This document shows, in pieces, positions 19,345-31,425 of a stretch of DNA of 64,000 bases (positions within the stretch are counted from its first letter, which is position 1; each line of letters opens with the position of its first letter). Source of the stretch: Candidatus Eiseniibacteriota bacterium (lineage in GTDB: Bacteria > Eisenbacteria > RBG-16-71-46 > SZUA-252); the NCBI GenBank assembly GCA_031370645.1, contig JANMQV010000171.1, forward strand, positions 23,810-87,809, given 5' to 3'. Under the pieces are notes generated by a model. It saw nothing but the letters and a program-made list of their open reading frames with translations, did no database searches and had not been told where the DNA came from. The position numbers and the translations under genes were made by a program.

Positions 19345-20652
19345 CTACTGGGCCGCCGGAAGCGGAAGGCGGAGGATGACGGGAGCGATCGCGCCCTCCG
19401 GCGTTTCCAGCTGCTCCGCTCCGTTAACCCGATCCCAGCCGCTGTTCCCAATGAAATAGAAGGATTCGCCCACGACGACGCCGTGGTTTGGCTCTCCGAG
19501 GGAGGGAGAGTCTTGCTCCAGCACGCTCCACCCGGTGATGCTGCGGCCGGCTGGGTCGAGCGTGAGCGAAAGGACGCGAATGGGACGTGTGCCATTCTGA
19601 ATGGCGATGAGACCTTCGCCGGCCGCGTAGAGGCCGTCGATGCCGGAAGCTCCGAGCGTGCGCGGCTTGGGCACGGTCGCGATCGTTCGAGTTCGAAGGT
19701 CGTAGGAAACGATCCCGCGCGGATAGTCGGCGAGCCAGAGAACGCGGCCCTTCTCCATCAGCACCGGCAGCTGCGGAGATCCGAACGTACCCGATGGAGC
19801 GAGCGTCTCGAGGGTCGTCGCTCCGCGGCGGAGACGATAGAGACCGCCTCCCCGCGAATCCGTGGCGTAAAGGGAGCCGTTGGGCGCGAGCGTGATGTCG
19901 CCCAGCACGTGGGGCGCCCCGTCGCGCGCGAGTTCCACACGAGCGAGTTCCTTCCCGGTGCGGAGGTCCCAGCAGACGAGCGCCGTGCGGCCGGAATCGG
20001 CCTCGGCATACCCCTCCATCGTGGGAATCGCCGCCATGCTCCCCCAGAGCACCCGGTGCGCGGCATCGAGCGCGAGCGCATGAACCCCCCAGATCCCACC
20101 CTGCGCGGCGGGGACGAAGTCGCGAACGACGCCCGAAGCATCTACCGTGACGACTTTCCGCCGATGAATGCTGCTGACATAGTAGGTACGGGCCGTCGCG
20201 TCGTAGGCAATGTCTTCGGCTAGGAGGCCGGCGTCGTCGAGGCCCGCCGCCATTGTCGCGGTCGCGCGCGGATCGGCGTTCGCAATAAGTCTCGCCGCTA
20301 CGGTGCTGAGGCGCGGGTCCGCTTGAAGGCTCGCGAAGGTTGTGTCGCGCGCGACCGACCGCGCGAGGCCCATCGCCGCGTACTCCTCGAGCCGGCGAAT
20401 CGCTTCCTCCGCGTTTCCCTGCCGTGCGGCGATCTGCGCGAGACTCCAGATCGCGGAGGGCAAGCCGGCGGCAGTGCTGTCCGCCGTGTCGAATCCCGCC
20501 TTCGCCGCCGCGAGATCTCCTCCCGCGAGGGCGGCGCGCGCCGCGCGGAGGCGGTCGTAGAAGGGATCCGCCCCCGCCGGCCGGGCCGATCCGGGCATCA
20601 GGAAGAGCAGCACGAACGCCGCAGGGAGCAACACCCGGATTCGATCCCTCAC
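19345..20652 (-). CDS. Secreted protein: helical N-terminal domain plus SMP-30/gluconolactonase-like beta-propeller
   Basis: Signal peptide; blade-like motifs AEDIAYD, LGDITLAPNGSLYATDS, GIDGL; GTG overlaps the MFS stop. Confidence 0.7.
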   Translation of the reverse strand: MRDRIRVLLPAAFVLLFLMPGSARPAGADPFYDRLRAARAALAGGDLAAAKAGFDTADSTAAGLPSAIWSLAQIAARQGNAEEAIRRLEEYAAMGLARSVARDTTFASLQADPRLSTVAARLIANADPRATATMAAGLDDAGLLAEDIAYDATARTYYVSSIHRRKVVTVDASGVVRDFVPAAQGGIWGVHALALDAAHRVLWGSMAAIPTMEGYAEADSGRTALVCWDLRTGKELARVELARDGAPHVLGDITLAPNGSLYATDSRGGGLYRLRRGATTLETLAPSGTFGSPQLPVLMEKGRVLWLADYPRGIVSYDLRTRTIATVPKPRTLGASGIDGLYAAGEGLIAIQNGTRPIRVLSLTLDPAGRSITGWSVLEQDSPSLGEPNHGVVVGESFYFIGNSGWDRVNGAEQLETPEGAIAPVILRLPLPAAQ

Positions 20653-22001
20653 GGCCCCACCCGCTCCGGAATCGCGGCGCCTGGATCCGGCGCTTCCGCG
20701 TGTCGAAGCGCCCCCATGAATGGGAGGATCAGAAGGCAGACCAGTCCGAACACACCGTCGAGAACCAGCGTCACGGGATACCCCCATCGCGCCGTGGCGT
20801 GTCCTTGCCATGTCGAGCTGTAGGAATAGACCACGTTTGTGAGCGCCATGTAGGCCGTGAACTGCGAGGCGGCCACCCGCGGCGTCGTCACGTCCATGAA
20901 GATGGCGGTGCCGACTCCGTACATCAAGCCCTGGAAGACGGAATAGGCGATCGTCAGGCCCCAGAAGAGGGCGACCAGTTCGTGACCCGCGAGGGGGCGA
21001 TTCGGAAGCGCGGGGTTGACCGGCATGATCCATCCGAATCGCTGAAGTTGTGTCGCCAGGATAAAGACCGGCACGGTCGTCCCGGCGATGAAGATGGCGA
21101 GCGTCCTTCGCCGGCCGTAGCGATCCGACAACCACCCTCCCAAGATGCAGAACAACGCCGCGAGCGCCGTGCTCACGAAGCCGAGCGTCCCGATCTGACG
21201 GTCGGTCAGCCCTAGTTCCACCGCCAGGTTGGATTGGAGGGAGAGCGAAAGGGTGTAGGCGCCCATGGGGAGTAGCGCCAGGAGGATCGCGAGGGAGGCG
21301 GCGCGTGTGCCCCGAAACGCCGCGACGGTTCCCTTCGCAAAGTCCTTCAATTCCGCCGCGATCGCCTGGAACCAGGCTCCCTGGGCGCGAACCCGCTCTG
21401 CCCTCGCCGGCTCGGTCATGCCGAGCGGGACGAGGATCGTCACGGCGATGATGGCCCCCGCTACCAGGAGGAACGAGGGGCGAAATCCGATCGCCGAGGT
21501 GAGGAGCAGCACGCCCGATCCTCCGAGCGCGATTCCGAGGAATTGCCCGGCGAACATGAGCCCGTTCGCGAGACCCCGTTCCCCGCCTTGGAGCACATCG
21601 ACGGCGAGCGCGTCGATCGCGACGTCCTGCGTCGCGGCGAACACGTTGTGGATGACGATGAGCGCCGTGAAGAGCGGGAGGTGCGTCTTGAAGTCGATTC
21701 CCATCGCGACGAGGAGCGTGACCGCCATCATCGTCTGCGTGGCGACGATCCAGAGTCTCCGCCTCCCCCAGCGATCGATCGAAAGGACATCGACGAACGG
21801 ACCGAACGCCCACTTGATCGCCCACGGCAGGTAGAGCGCGCCGACGAACGCACCGATGACCCCGGGATCGAGGCCCTGACGGCGCATCTGGGTCGCCACG
21901 GCGGTGCCGGAAAAGCCTGAGGGAATTCCTTCGGTGAGGTAGAGGAGGAAGAAGGCCGCCAACCGCCCTCGCCGCGAGGCGAGCAGGTTGGGAAATCGCA
22001 C
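20649..22001 (-). CDS. MFS transporter, AmpG-like
   Basis: LYLTEGIP, PWAIKWAFGPFVD, GRRRLW, ATQDVAIDA, ASQFTAYMAL. Confidence 0.88.
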   Translation of the reverse strand: MRFPNLLASRRGRLAAFFLLYLTEGIPSGFSGTAVATQMRRQGLDPGVIGAFVGALYLPWAIKWAFGPFVDVLSIDRWGRRRLWIVATQTMMAVTLLVAMGIDFKTHLPLFTALIVIHNVFAATQDVAIDALAVDVLQGGERGLANGLMFAGQFLGIALGGSGVLLLTSAIGFRPSFLLVAGAIIAVTILVPLGMTEPARAERVRAQGAWFQAIAAELKDFAKGTVAAFRGTRAASLAILLALLPMGAYTLSLSLQSNLAVELGLTDRQIGTLGFVSTALAALFCILGGWLSDRYGRRRTLAIFIAGTTVPVFILATQLQRFGWIMPVNPALPNRPLAGHELVALFWGLTIAYSVFQGLMYGVGTAIFMDVTTPRVAASQFTAYMALTNVVYSYSSTWQGHATARWGYPVTLVLDGVFGLVCLLILPFMGALRHAEAPDPGAAIPERVGP

Positions 22002-24982
22002 TACGAAGCCTTCCCCGGCTTGTAGATGAGCCCTTGTGTCTTCCGTCCGTTCATCTTCACCACCACGGGCTCCTCGAAGCGGAGGTGGCGAACGAAGTCC
22101 TGCTCGCTCACGGCTTTCTCGGCGGCGAGCCAATCCCACGCGATCAAGCCCTCGCCGACGTCGGCATTCACCGTGAAGTAGCCGATCTGAAACGAGGTGA
22201 GATTCTGGAAGAAGTGGCTTCCTTGCGACGGCATCACTCTGAAATCGCGGAATCCCGATTCCACGATCACGCGCGCCCCGGAGATTTGATCCCACGTCAC
22301 GGGAATTCCGAGCCAGGGATCGGTGGAGCCCCAGCGGCCGACGCCGATCAGGAGGTAGGGACGTTTCGCTTCCAGAAGTTCCGCGTTGTAGCGAGCGATC
22401 ACGGCGGCGGCGGCGCGGCTCCGGGAGCGGTCGAAGCGGTGGAAATCGACGACGACGACGTCGCGGATTGTGTCGACGGTACCATTCCCCATGACCGACT
22501 CGCTCCGGCAGAGAAGCGCCTCGGTCGGCGCCTCACCGAGATCGAGATTCTCGGTCTCGCGCTGAAGCACCAGCGGCCGCATTTGAAGGAAGCCGAATTC
22601 GTGAGGCTTCCGGGGATCGTTCGACAGACAGGTCGCGAATTCGATCTCCGCGGGGCGGTTCATCCCCTGGCTACCGACCTCGAGGAGCACCGCGAGGATT
22701 TCGGCCAGTGGGAATACCCCATGCTTGAGGATGGGCGCGAACGTGACCAGGCGCACACCCGAACGCGAGAGTCCGTCGTAGATCGCCTGGTTCTCCGCGG
22801 AATAGGTCGAGCCGAGCGCCGAGAGCGTTCCGTCCTTCTCCGCCACGTCGAGGCCGAATGCCGTTTCCCGCATCGCCTTTTCGGAGTCGGTATCGGTCTC
22901 CTCGCCGAGTTCCACCGCCCAGAATTCCCGCTGTGTGTTCGAGAGCGTCTCCTTCACCGACGAGAAGGTGACGATCGACTGCGGATGCCTCGGGCTGAAA
23001 CTGAGGCAACGCTCGCCGGTCACCACGCTTCGGCCCATGCCGAGCGCCACCGCGGCCACGCCGTCCTCCGAGGTCGCGGGCGGCGTCGGGTAGTAGTTGT
23101 ATGAGCGCGCGACGCCGGAGAAATCGGGATAGAAGCGGTTCTCGTGGTGATTTCCCACCACCTTCTGGATCGCGACCGCCATCTTCTCCTCCTCCAGCCG
23201 GTAGGGCGTGGCGTGGAGGTAGTCTTTCGCCTGGCGCAGAAAGGTCGAAGCGTAGACGCGACGGATGGCCATGAGGAGGTGGCGGAGGCGAACCCGAGCG
23301 TCGGGGTGATTGTTCGGCAGCATGTACGTCTCGTAGACGCCCGTGAAGGGCTGATACTGCGAATCCTCGAGGAGGCTCGAGCTTCGAACGGCCAGCGGCC
23401 AGCGGACCTGCTCCACGAACGCGCGGAGCTTCCTCACGACGTCGCGCGGGAGCGGCGTACTCAGAAACTCCTTCGTGATTTGCTCGTCGTCGCGGCTGTT
23501 CAGCGCCAGTTCGCGAAGACCGTTCTGCGCCAGGTAGCGGTCGAAACAGTCCGTCGCCAGGACCAGCGTCGGCGGAACGGAGATGTGAACCCCCGGCCAG
23601 AGCTTCCCGACGACGTGGTAATTGAGAAGATAGCGGACGAACGCGAGCCCGCGCGCTTTCCCTCCCAGCGAACCGCCGCCGATGCGGGCGAAATAGTTGC
23701 CGTTCGGATCGAAGACCTTCGGATCGAAATCGGCGACCAGCGTGTCGGTCTGCTCGCGGCGATATTCCGCGATCGAACGGATCAGGTCGAACCGAAGGCC
23801 ATCCACCGAGTCGAAGTCGGAGACCTTCCGCGGACGCATCTTACGCGCGAGCGCGAACTCCGTGCGCGCCGTGAACCAGTTCGAGAAGTGATTCCGCTCC
23901 CCGTGGTAGGCGATCGACTCCGAGGGGACGGTTCGGAGCTTCTCCTCGAGGCTCTTCAGATCCTTCGCGCGGTCGACCTCGGTCCCGTCGGCGAGGCGGA
24001 AGATGAATTCACCGAATGAGAAATGCTCGACCATGAAGGCGCGGAGGTCGGAGAGGAGGGTTTCGGAGTACTTCCGAACGAACGCCACCCCCGCCTTCGC
24101 CGCCCCCTCCGCGAATTCCGCTCGGCTCGACTGGAGGACGATCGGGAGATCGGGAATCCGCTCCCTGGCCATCCGCGCCAGTTCGAATCCCGCCTCGCGG
24201 CTCCGCACCTTGTCGCGCGGGAACTCCACGTCGGAGATGATTCCAAGCAGATAGGGCTCGTAGGCGCGGAAGAGGCGCCACGCCTCCTCGAAGTTCGTCG
24301 CGAGGAGAAGCTTGGGCCGCGCCCGGGTCCGAACCAGCTTGTGCGCGGGATTGATCCCCTCGCTCAGGAGGCTCTGCGACTGGCGGATGATCTCCGTGTA
24401 GATCTCCGGCAGAAACGCGGAGTAGTAGCGGACGTTGTCCTCGACGACGAGCACGACGCGCACGCCCATCGCGAGCGTGTCGTGCTCGACATTACGAAGA
24501 TCTTCGACGTATTTCACGATCGCCACGAGGACGCGGGCGTTTCCCTGCCAGAGGAAGAGGCCGTCGAGCTCCGAGAGATCGTGGTGGGCTTCGAAGTCCT
24601 TCCGCTCGTCGTTGTCGTAGGCCATCGCCACGACCGGGATATCGAGACCGGCCAACTTCACTTCGCGAGCCAGCTCCGTCGCGTCCATGTCCGCGGCGCG
24701 GATCGTCGTGATGATGAGATTGAAACGGCGCTCGGTCTTCGCCAGCGCCAGCGCTTCGGCACCGCTCGAAACGTGGACCAGCGCCGGCATGTGGGGGAGC
24801 GACAGCTCCAGGAACTCGCCCGCGATCAACTCGTTTAGCCGCCCGTCCTCCTGCAGCGTGAACGAGTCGTAAAGACTCGAGACCAAGAGGACGTCCTGGA
24901 CCCGGAACGGCATGAGGTCCTGGAACGACTGGAACGGATTGCTGACGTCGGCGAGGGAGGTGGGGTCGTGGGTCGTGCTCAC
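22001..24982 (-). CDS. Receiver-like domains fused to a PEP synthase/PPDK N-terminal (nucleotide-binding) domain
   Basis: VLLVSS and VLVVEDN receiver-like segments; GGKARGL, AVRSSSLLEDS, FTGVYET, PSQGSHFFQN; no pyruvate-binding barrel recognised. Confidence 0.85.
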   Translation of the reverse strand: MSTTHDPTSLADVSNPFQSFQDLMPFRVQDVLLVSSLYDSFTLQEDGRLNELIAGEFLELSLPHMPALVHVSSGAEALALAKTERRFNLIITTIRAADMDATELAREVKLAGLDIPVVAMAYDNDERKDFEAHHDLSELDGLFLWQGNARVLVAIVKYVEDLRNVEHDTLAMGVRVVLVVEDNVRYYSAFLPEIYTEIIRQSQSLLSEGINPAHKLVRTRARPKLLLATNFEEAWRLFRAYEPYLLGIISDVEFPRDKVRSREAGFELARMARERIPDLPIVLQSSRAEFAEGAAKAGVAFVRKYSETLLSDLRAFMVEHFSFGEFIFRLADGTEVDRAKDLKSLEEKLRTVPSESIAYHGERNHFSNWFTARTEFALARKMRPRKVSDFDSVDGLRFDLIRSIAEYRREQTDTLVADFDPKVFDPNGNYFARIGGGSLGGKARGLAFVRYLLNYHVVGKLWPGVHISVPPTLVLATDCFDRYLAQNGLRELALNSRDDEQITKEFLSTPLPRDVVRKLRAFVEQVRWPLAVRSSSLLEDSQYQPFTGVYETYMLPNNHPDARVRLRHLLMAIRRVYASTFLRQAKDYLHATPYRLEEEKMAVAIQKVVGNHHENRFYPDFSGVARSYNYYPTPPATSEDGVAAVALGMGRSVVTGERCLSFSPRHPQSIVTFSSVKETLSNTQREFWAVELGEETDTDSEKAMRETAFGLDVAEKDGTLSALGSTYSAENQAIYDGLSRSGVRLVTFAPILKHGVFPLAEILAVLLEVGSQGMNRPAEIEFATCLSNDPRKPHEFGFLQMRPLVLQRETENLDLGEAPTEALLCRSESVMGNGTVDTIRDVVVVDFHRFDRSRSRAAAAVIARYNAELLEAKRPYLLIGVGRWGSTDPWLGIPVTWDQISGARVIVESGFRDFRVMPSQGSHFFQNLTSFQIGYFTVNADVGEGLIAWDWLAAEKAVSEQDFVRHLRFEEPVVVKMNGRKTQGLIYKPGKAS

Positions 24983-25024
24983 GGTGGACCCATGGTGCCA
25001 CGGTAAGGGGCAAGGCGCCAACGA

Positions 25025-25054
25025 AGACGGCGGACCCCGGAGGGCCCGCCGTCT
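25025..25054 (-). terminator. GC-rich hairpin downstream of gdhA
   Basis: AGACGGCGGACCC-CGGA-GGGCCCGCCGTCT. Confidence 0.55.
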
Positions 25055-25076
25055 CGACTCGGGATGACGACTTCGC

Positions 25077-26669
<1,593 letters not shown>

Positions 26670-26710
26670 TTACGCATGGATCGTGCACAGCCGCCGGGAA
26701 TTCGCGTCTC

Positions 26711-28552
26711 TCAAGCATCGTGGCACTCCACGCACGCCGCCTTCTTGATCCCCGGCATCGGCAACTTGAGATCGTGGCAATCGACGCAGGTCTTCTCGGC
26801 GTCGTCGATGTGGAGGGCGTGGTCAAAGTCGCCGCGGAACGATTTCACGACCTTCTTCTTGACCTCACCGTGGCAGGCGATGCAGTTCGCGACGGGCGGC
26901 TTGTGGTGGCAGGAGACGCAGCCCTCCGATCCGAACCGGAGGACTTCTCCATCCGGTTTCTCCTCGTGCGTTCGATGGCAGACCTTGCACTCCACCTTCG
27001 CGTCGACGACGTGCCGCGAATGCGCAAACGGCTTCGCGAAGATTTCGCCCCTTTGATCCTGAATCCCGTCGTGGCAATCGAAACAGGTCGCCGCGTAGGG
27101 CGGCTCCCGCCACGGAGCGGGAAGCGGCGCGAGCCCCTTCTCGCGGCGCGCGGCGTTCATGTCGGCGTGGGATTGCCGAAGGAGCGCGTAGCTGTAGGAA
27201 ACGTTGTGGAGCCCGCGCCCGCGCGACACGAGGCTCTGATTGAATTGCGCATCCGTCAGGCGCGCCGAGGTCCCGCTCCCGATCACGCGCGCGGTCTCCA
27301 CCAACTGGCGCCCGACGGCGGCGGCGCGCTGCTCGGTCCCCGCCTTCCAGCCGAGGTAGATCTTCCGATACCCGGCGCCGTGGCACGCCATGCAGGAAAC
27401 TTCCGTCGCGCGATTGACCGCGGCGGCTTCATGCCCCGGAAGCGACGTGTGGCACCCCTCGCAGCGCACCCCGGCTTGGAACATCGGGCTCGGTATCGAC
27501 ACCACGCCGCGGCCGCCCGTTCCGGTGTAAAGCGCCAGCTGCGGCGAGTGCCCCGCCTCGTGACACGCCTTGCAGTCGGAGGCCGCCTGATGGATTCGCG
27601 TGGCCGCCGATTTCACCGCCGCTTCCGCCTTCTCGGCCGTCTTCCCCGCGATGGGTGCAACGTGCTGGAGCTGCAGGTGACAGTCCATGCAGTCGACCTT
27701 GTGCTCCGTCACGTGTTTCTGGTGGAGCAGCACGTCGTTTCCGTACTCCTCCAGCCGGTCCACCTGGTTATGGCACGTCTGGCAGCGTTCTCGCGGAACT
27801 TCACCCGTGCTCCCCTGCGGCTGGGCGTGGCACCAGCGGCACTCCATGCCGAAGCGAGAGACGTCGGCGTGCTGAAACGTCACCGTGCCGAGCTTGTACG
27901 ACTTCTCGGGCACCTGGTGGCAGAGGACGCAGCGCGTCGTCCCCTCTCCCTCCTTCGCCCCCTTGAAGTGGCAGAGAATGCAGGTCGAGGTCGTGACCGC
28001 GATGTGGCTCCCCTGCACCATCTGCCCGTGGCACGACGTGCACCGAAGCGTCTTTCCACGGCGCATCTCGGTGAGGTGCGCCGAGTGATCGAAGAGGACG
28101 TCGCCGAGGAGTTCCTTCCCGGCGAGGAGCCGCCGCTCGTGGCAGCGAAGGCACGCCGCGTCCGCGACCTCGGTCCACGGCTTCGTGCCGTAGGTGCCGG
28201 TGAAGTAGCGGGCCACCATCGAAATCGCCTCGTACTTCTTCCGAATCTCGGCGGTGACGCCGGGCGGAATATGGCATTCGACGCAGGCGATCTTGCCGTG
28301 CGACGAAATCTTCCACGACTTGTAGTAGGGCGCCATGATGTGGCAGGAGCCGCAGAAACTCGGCTTGCTCGTGACTTCCACGGCGGAGAACGTGAGGACG
28401 AGCCCGATGGCGAAGAGGAGCGCGCCGAGGAATCCCATGGCGCGAAGCGGCGCCGACGCGAGCCGGGCGAGCCCTCCCGCGAAGGGATTCCTCTTCCCTC
28501 TCCCCGAAGGCGGGGGGGACGCGGGCGGATCCGAGGGATCCTCCGTTGTCAC
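26711..28552 (-). CDS. 18-heme cytochrome c with NapC/NrfH-like N-terminal membrane anchor
   Basis: 18 CxxCH counted by hand; TM followed by TSKPSFCGSCHIM...W..SSH...CVECH. Confidence 0.9.
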   Translation of the reverse strand: MTTEDPSDPPASPPPSGRGKRNPFAGGLARLASAPLRAMGFLGALLFAIGLVLTFSAVEVTSKPSFCGSCHIMAPYYKSWKISSHGKIACVECHIPPGVTAEIRKKYEAISMVARYFTGTYGTKPWTEVADAACLRCHERRLLAGKELLGDVLFDHSAHLTEMRRGKTLRCTSCHGQMVQGSHIAVTTSTCILCHFKGAKEGEGTTRCVLCHQVPEKSYKLGTVTFQHADVSRFGMECRWCHAQPQGSTGEVPRERCQTCHNQVDRLEEYGNDVLLHQKHVTEHKVDCMDCHLQLQHVAPIAGKTAEKAEAAVKSAATRIHQAASDCKACHEAGHSPQLALYTGTGGRGVVSIPSPMFQAGVRCEGCHTSLPGHEAAAVNRATEVSCMACHGAGYRKIYLGWKAGTEQRAAAVGRQLVETARVIGSGTSARLTDAQFNQSLVSRGRGLHNVSYSYALLRQSHADMNAARREKGLAPLPAPWREPPYAATCFDCHDGIQDQRGEIFAKPFAHSRHVVDAKVECKVCHRTHEEKPDGEVLRFGSEGCVSCHHKPPVANCIACHGEVKKKVVKSFRGDFDHALHIDDAEKTCVDCHDLKLPMPGIKKAACVECHDA

Positions 28553-29844
28553 CGGCTCCGCCCCGCTGCCCGGCGACGCGCGCGCATGATGACGGCGGCG
28601 GTCAAGAGGAGATAGAACCAGAAGAGCCCGAGCCCGACCTTATTCCACCAGCGGCTGGAAATCTTCTCGCGCACCTCCTCGCTCACGCGCGCGGCGATGG
28701 ATCGCGCCTTTCGCGTGTGCGGTTCCACGAGCGTCGAGTCGAGCGAGTGGGTCACCGGAGCGGCCTCGAGGAGCGCCGTCCTCGCGTCTTGCAGCCGGGA
28801 GCGATAATCGTCCACGTAGAGCGGAATGGCGGCCGCTTGCGCGACCCACTTGTCCGCCTTCTCGATCTCCGACGCGGCGTCGTCCTTCATGCGGGCCAGC
28901 GTGAGCCCGACTCGATACTCCTTGTCTCCCTTGTCATGGCACCCGAGACAAGAAGCCGCGAACTCCGCGGGCGGCACCGCCTGCGTCTTGTGGCTGTTGT
29001 GGCAGGCCGCGCACTCCGGTTGCCCCGCCTGGTCCATGGCTTCTTTGTGGGGGCTCGCGAGGAAGTAGGTTCGCGTCTTGAGGTGGCACTGGCCGCAGAC
29101 CTTCTCCACGTCTCCAACACCTGGCGGTGTCGCTCCATGACTCCCATGGCAGCGAGTGCAATCGGGCGCCGACGGATCATCGCCCGAAAGATACGCTTTT
29201 CCGTGTACGCCCGCCTTGTAGTCGCTCACCGGATCTTGCTTCAGGCCGTGCCGTTTCCGAAACGCCGCGTCACCGTGGCATTTGCCACACGTGCCGGGGA
29301 TATTTCGGCCGAAGACTTGGCTCTTCGGGTCCTCCGGTTTGCGAATCTCGTGCACACCATGGCAATCGGTGCAGACCGCTACCGATTCGTCTCCCTTTGC
29401 CAGCTTCATGCCGTGATAGGAGAGTTGATAGAGCGCGTACTGGTCGGACGGCAGATTGTAGAAGCGCATGCGCGCCACGTCGGCATGACACGACGCGCAG
29501 AGCGCGGGGATCGACCGCCGAGCGGGCTTGCCGCGGAACCCGGCTCCATGCGCCCCTTCCACGGTGAGCGCGGCCGAGTTTCCACCGTGGCACGACGTGC
29601 ACGGCACTCCCTCGCTCTTGTGAATTCCCTTCTCGTACTTCACCCGAATGTCGGAGTGGCAGACGCCGCACATGGCGGAGCCCTTCGCGGGGGCGACTCC
29701 CGTGGGCGCCACGCGGGGCGGCCGAGTGGTTTCCTCCCGCACCGCACCCGGCGCCTGGGCTCGGGCGGGTTCCGCGGCGATGCTGACGCTACCCGCCGAA
29801 AGCACGAGCGCGAAGGCCCAGAACCAGCGACCCGCGCGGCTCAT
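28549..29844 (-). CDS. 9-heme cytochrome c with signal peptide and C-terminal TM anchor
   Basis: 9 CxxCH, helical segment, C-terminal hydrophobic helix; follows cytochrome b in the cytochrome c1 position. Confidence 0.9.
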   Translation of the reverse strand: MSRAGRWFWAFALVLSAGSVSIAAEPARAQAPGAVREETTRPPRVAPTGVAPAKGSAMCGVCHSDIRVKYEKGIHKSEGVPCTSCHGGNSAALTVEGAHGAGFRGKPARRSIPALCASCHADVARMRFYNLPSDQYALYQLSYHGMKLAKGDESVAVCTDCHGVHEIRKPEDPKSQVFGRNIPGTCGKCHGDAAFRKRHGLKQDPVSDYKAGVHGKAYLSGDDPSAPDCTRCHGSHGATPPGVGDVEKVCGQCHLKTRTYFLASPHKEAMDQAGQPECAACHNSHKTQAVPPAEFAASCLGCHDKGDKEYRVGLTLARMKDDAASEIEKADKWVAQAAAIPLYVDDYRSRLQDARTALLEAAPVTHSLDSTLVEPHTRKARSIAARVSEEVREKISSRWWNKVGLGLFWFYLLLTAAVIMRARRRAAGRSR

Positions 29845-30965
29845 CGACCCACCTCCAGGTACCATCCGATCCAAGTGAGCGCGCCCCAGCCGACGAGTAA
29901 CACGATGCCGAGCACCCTGAAAAGCATTCGGCGCGCCCCCGATCCCGACTCGCGATCGAGAAACGGCAGGATCAGCACGACTGCCAGAATGGCCTCGGGA
30001 ATCACGCCCCGAAGAATCTTGGGTAGAAACGAGAGAGCTTCCATCAGCGCGAGCGGAGCGAGGAGATACCAGGGCGGTCTCGCGTCGGGCGGCGTCAGGA
30101 TCGGATTCGCAACAGCGTCGAATGGCTGCGGGAAGAGCACCGCCAGCGTCATGAGCCCGCCGACCATGAAGATGACCAGGAGGAAGAGGTCGTACATGGC
30201 GACGCGCAACGATCGCTTCGCGGCGGGCGCCGCTTCGACGCGCGACATGCCCACGCGCCGCACGCTCGAGAAGTGAATGTAGAAAAGGAGGAGCAGGAGA
30301 ATCGGAAAGATGGCGATGTGAAGCACGTAGTAACGCGTGAGAACCGTCGAGTCGAGTCCGTTCCCTCCCACCAGGAACGAAGTGATCGGTCCGAGGATCG
30401 GGAGGGCGTCGGTCACTTCCCGCGCGCGGACGGTCGTCCAGTAGCCGGAGGCGTCGTACGGCAGGAGCCGTCCGGTCAAATCGGCAATCGCCGCGGCGAC
30501 GAACGTGAGGACCGCCGCCATCCAGACGACCTCACGACCGCGAGCGTAGAGGCCCTGGAAGAAGAAGCGGATCACCCGCATTCCGAGGAGGATCAAGAAG
30601 AGCGCGGCCGACCAGTAGTGGACCTGGTGAATCAGGACGCCGAAGGCAACGTCGCGGGCGATCAACGTGACCGAGGGGTACGCCTGCTCCGCGGTCGGCT
30701 GGTAGTAGAACGCCAGCATCGTTCCCGTCGCCACGAGAAAGAGGAAGAGAAGGAACGAGAGGATCCCGAGCACGCGCGGCCAACGCGCATAGGAGGGGAG
30801 CGGTTGCGACATGGCTTCGCGCAACGCCTCGCGGAGCGGCTTCCGCGAGTCGAGCTCCGCGGGAAGGAGCCCGAAGACGCTCAGGAACGAAACGATCTCC
30901 GTCAGGTTGACCCGCGATTCGAGCCAGCCTAAGAGCGATCGCTTTCCCTCTCGATTCGATTCCAC
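29841..30965 (-). CDS. Divergent cytochrome b of a Rieske/cytb complex (b6 plus subunit IV, unsplit)
   Basis: TGTMLAFYYQPT, AYPSV, VHYW, GRLLPYD..GYW, TRYYVLH...IH, RPPWY; RBS GGAGG before GTG 30965. Confidence 0.9.
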   Translation of the reverse strand: MESNREGKRSLLGWLESRVNLTEIVSFLSVFGLLPAELDSRKPLREALREAMSQPLPSYARWPRVLGILSFLLFLFLVATGTMLAFYYQPTAEQAYPSVTLIARDVAFGVLIHQVHYWSAALFLILLGMRVIRFFFQGLYARGREVVWMAAVLTFVAAAIADLTGRLLPYDASGYWTTVRAREVTDALPILGPITSFLVGGNGLDSTVLTRYYVLHIAIFPILLLLLFYIHFSSVRRVGMSRVEAAPAAKRSLRVAMYDLFLLVIFMVGGLMTLAVLFPQPFDAVANPILTPPDARPPWYLLAPLALMEALSFLPKILRGVIPEAILAVVLILPFLDRESGSGARRMLFRVLGIVLLVGWGALTWIGWYLEVGR

Positions 30966-30978
30966 GTGGCCCCTCCGC

Positions 30979-31425
30979 TCAGGTGTGAACGACGATTTCG
31001 TCCGCCCGCACTTCCGCGGGGTATTGCGGGAGCGGCTTTTTCGGCGGGCCGCCCAGGACATTCCCCTTTCGGTCGAACGATCCGTCGTGGCAGGGGCACT
31101 GGAAGGTGCTCGTTTCGCGGTCCCACCGGAGAACGCAGCGCATGTGCGTGCAGATCGCGGAGACCGCGAGAACCTGGCCCTCGGAGACCCTCAGCACGAA
31201 GAAGGGGTCGTTCCCGTGGTGGACGAATCGGGCGTCGCCGACCGGGAGTGAGGAGAGCGCGCCGGCGCGGATCGCCTTATCACCCGGCCGGTGTTCCGAG
31301 GAGGGCGCTTTGAGGAACGAGGTGGCGACGCCAGCGGCCGCCGGCGCCCAGAGCGCCAAAAACCCCCTCGAGAGCCAGATCAGCACCCCGCGGCGTTCAA
31401 GATCGGTGCCTTCGCTGTCTTTCAC
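30979..31425 (-). CDS. Rieske [2Fe-2S] protein, Tat-exported
   Basis: ERRGVL twin-arginine plus TM; CTHMRC and CPCHDG; GGPP...L. Confidence 0.93.
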   Translation of the reverse strand: MKDSEGTDLERRGVLIWLSRGFLALWAPAAAGVATSFLKAPSSEHRPGDKAIRAGALSSLPVGDARFVHHGNDPFFVLRVSEGQVLAVSAICTHMRCVLRWDRETSTFQCPCHDGSFDRKGNVLGGPPKKPLPQYPAEVRADEIVVHT

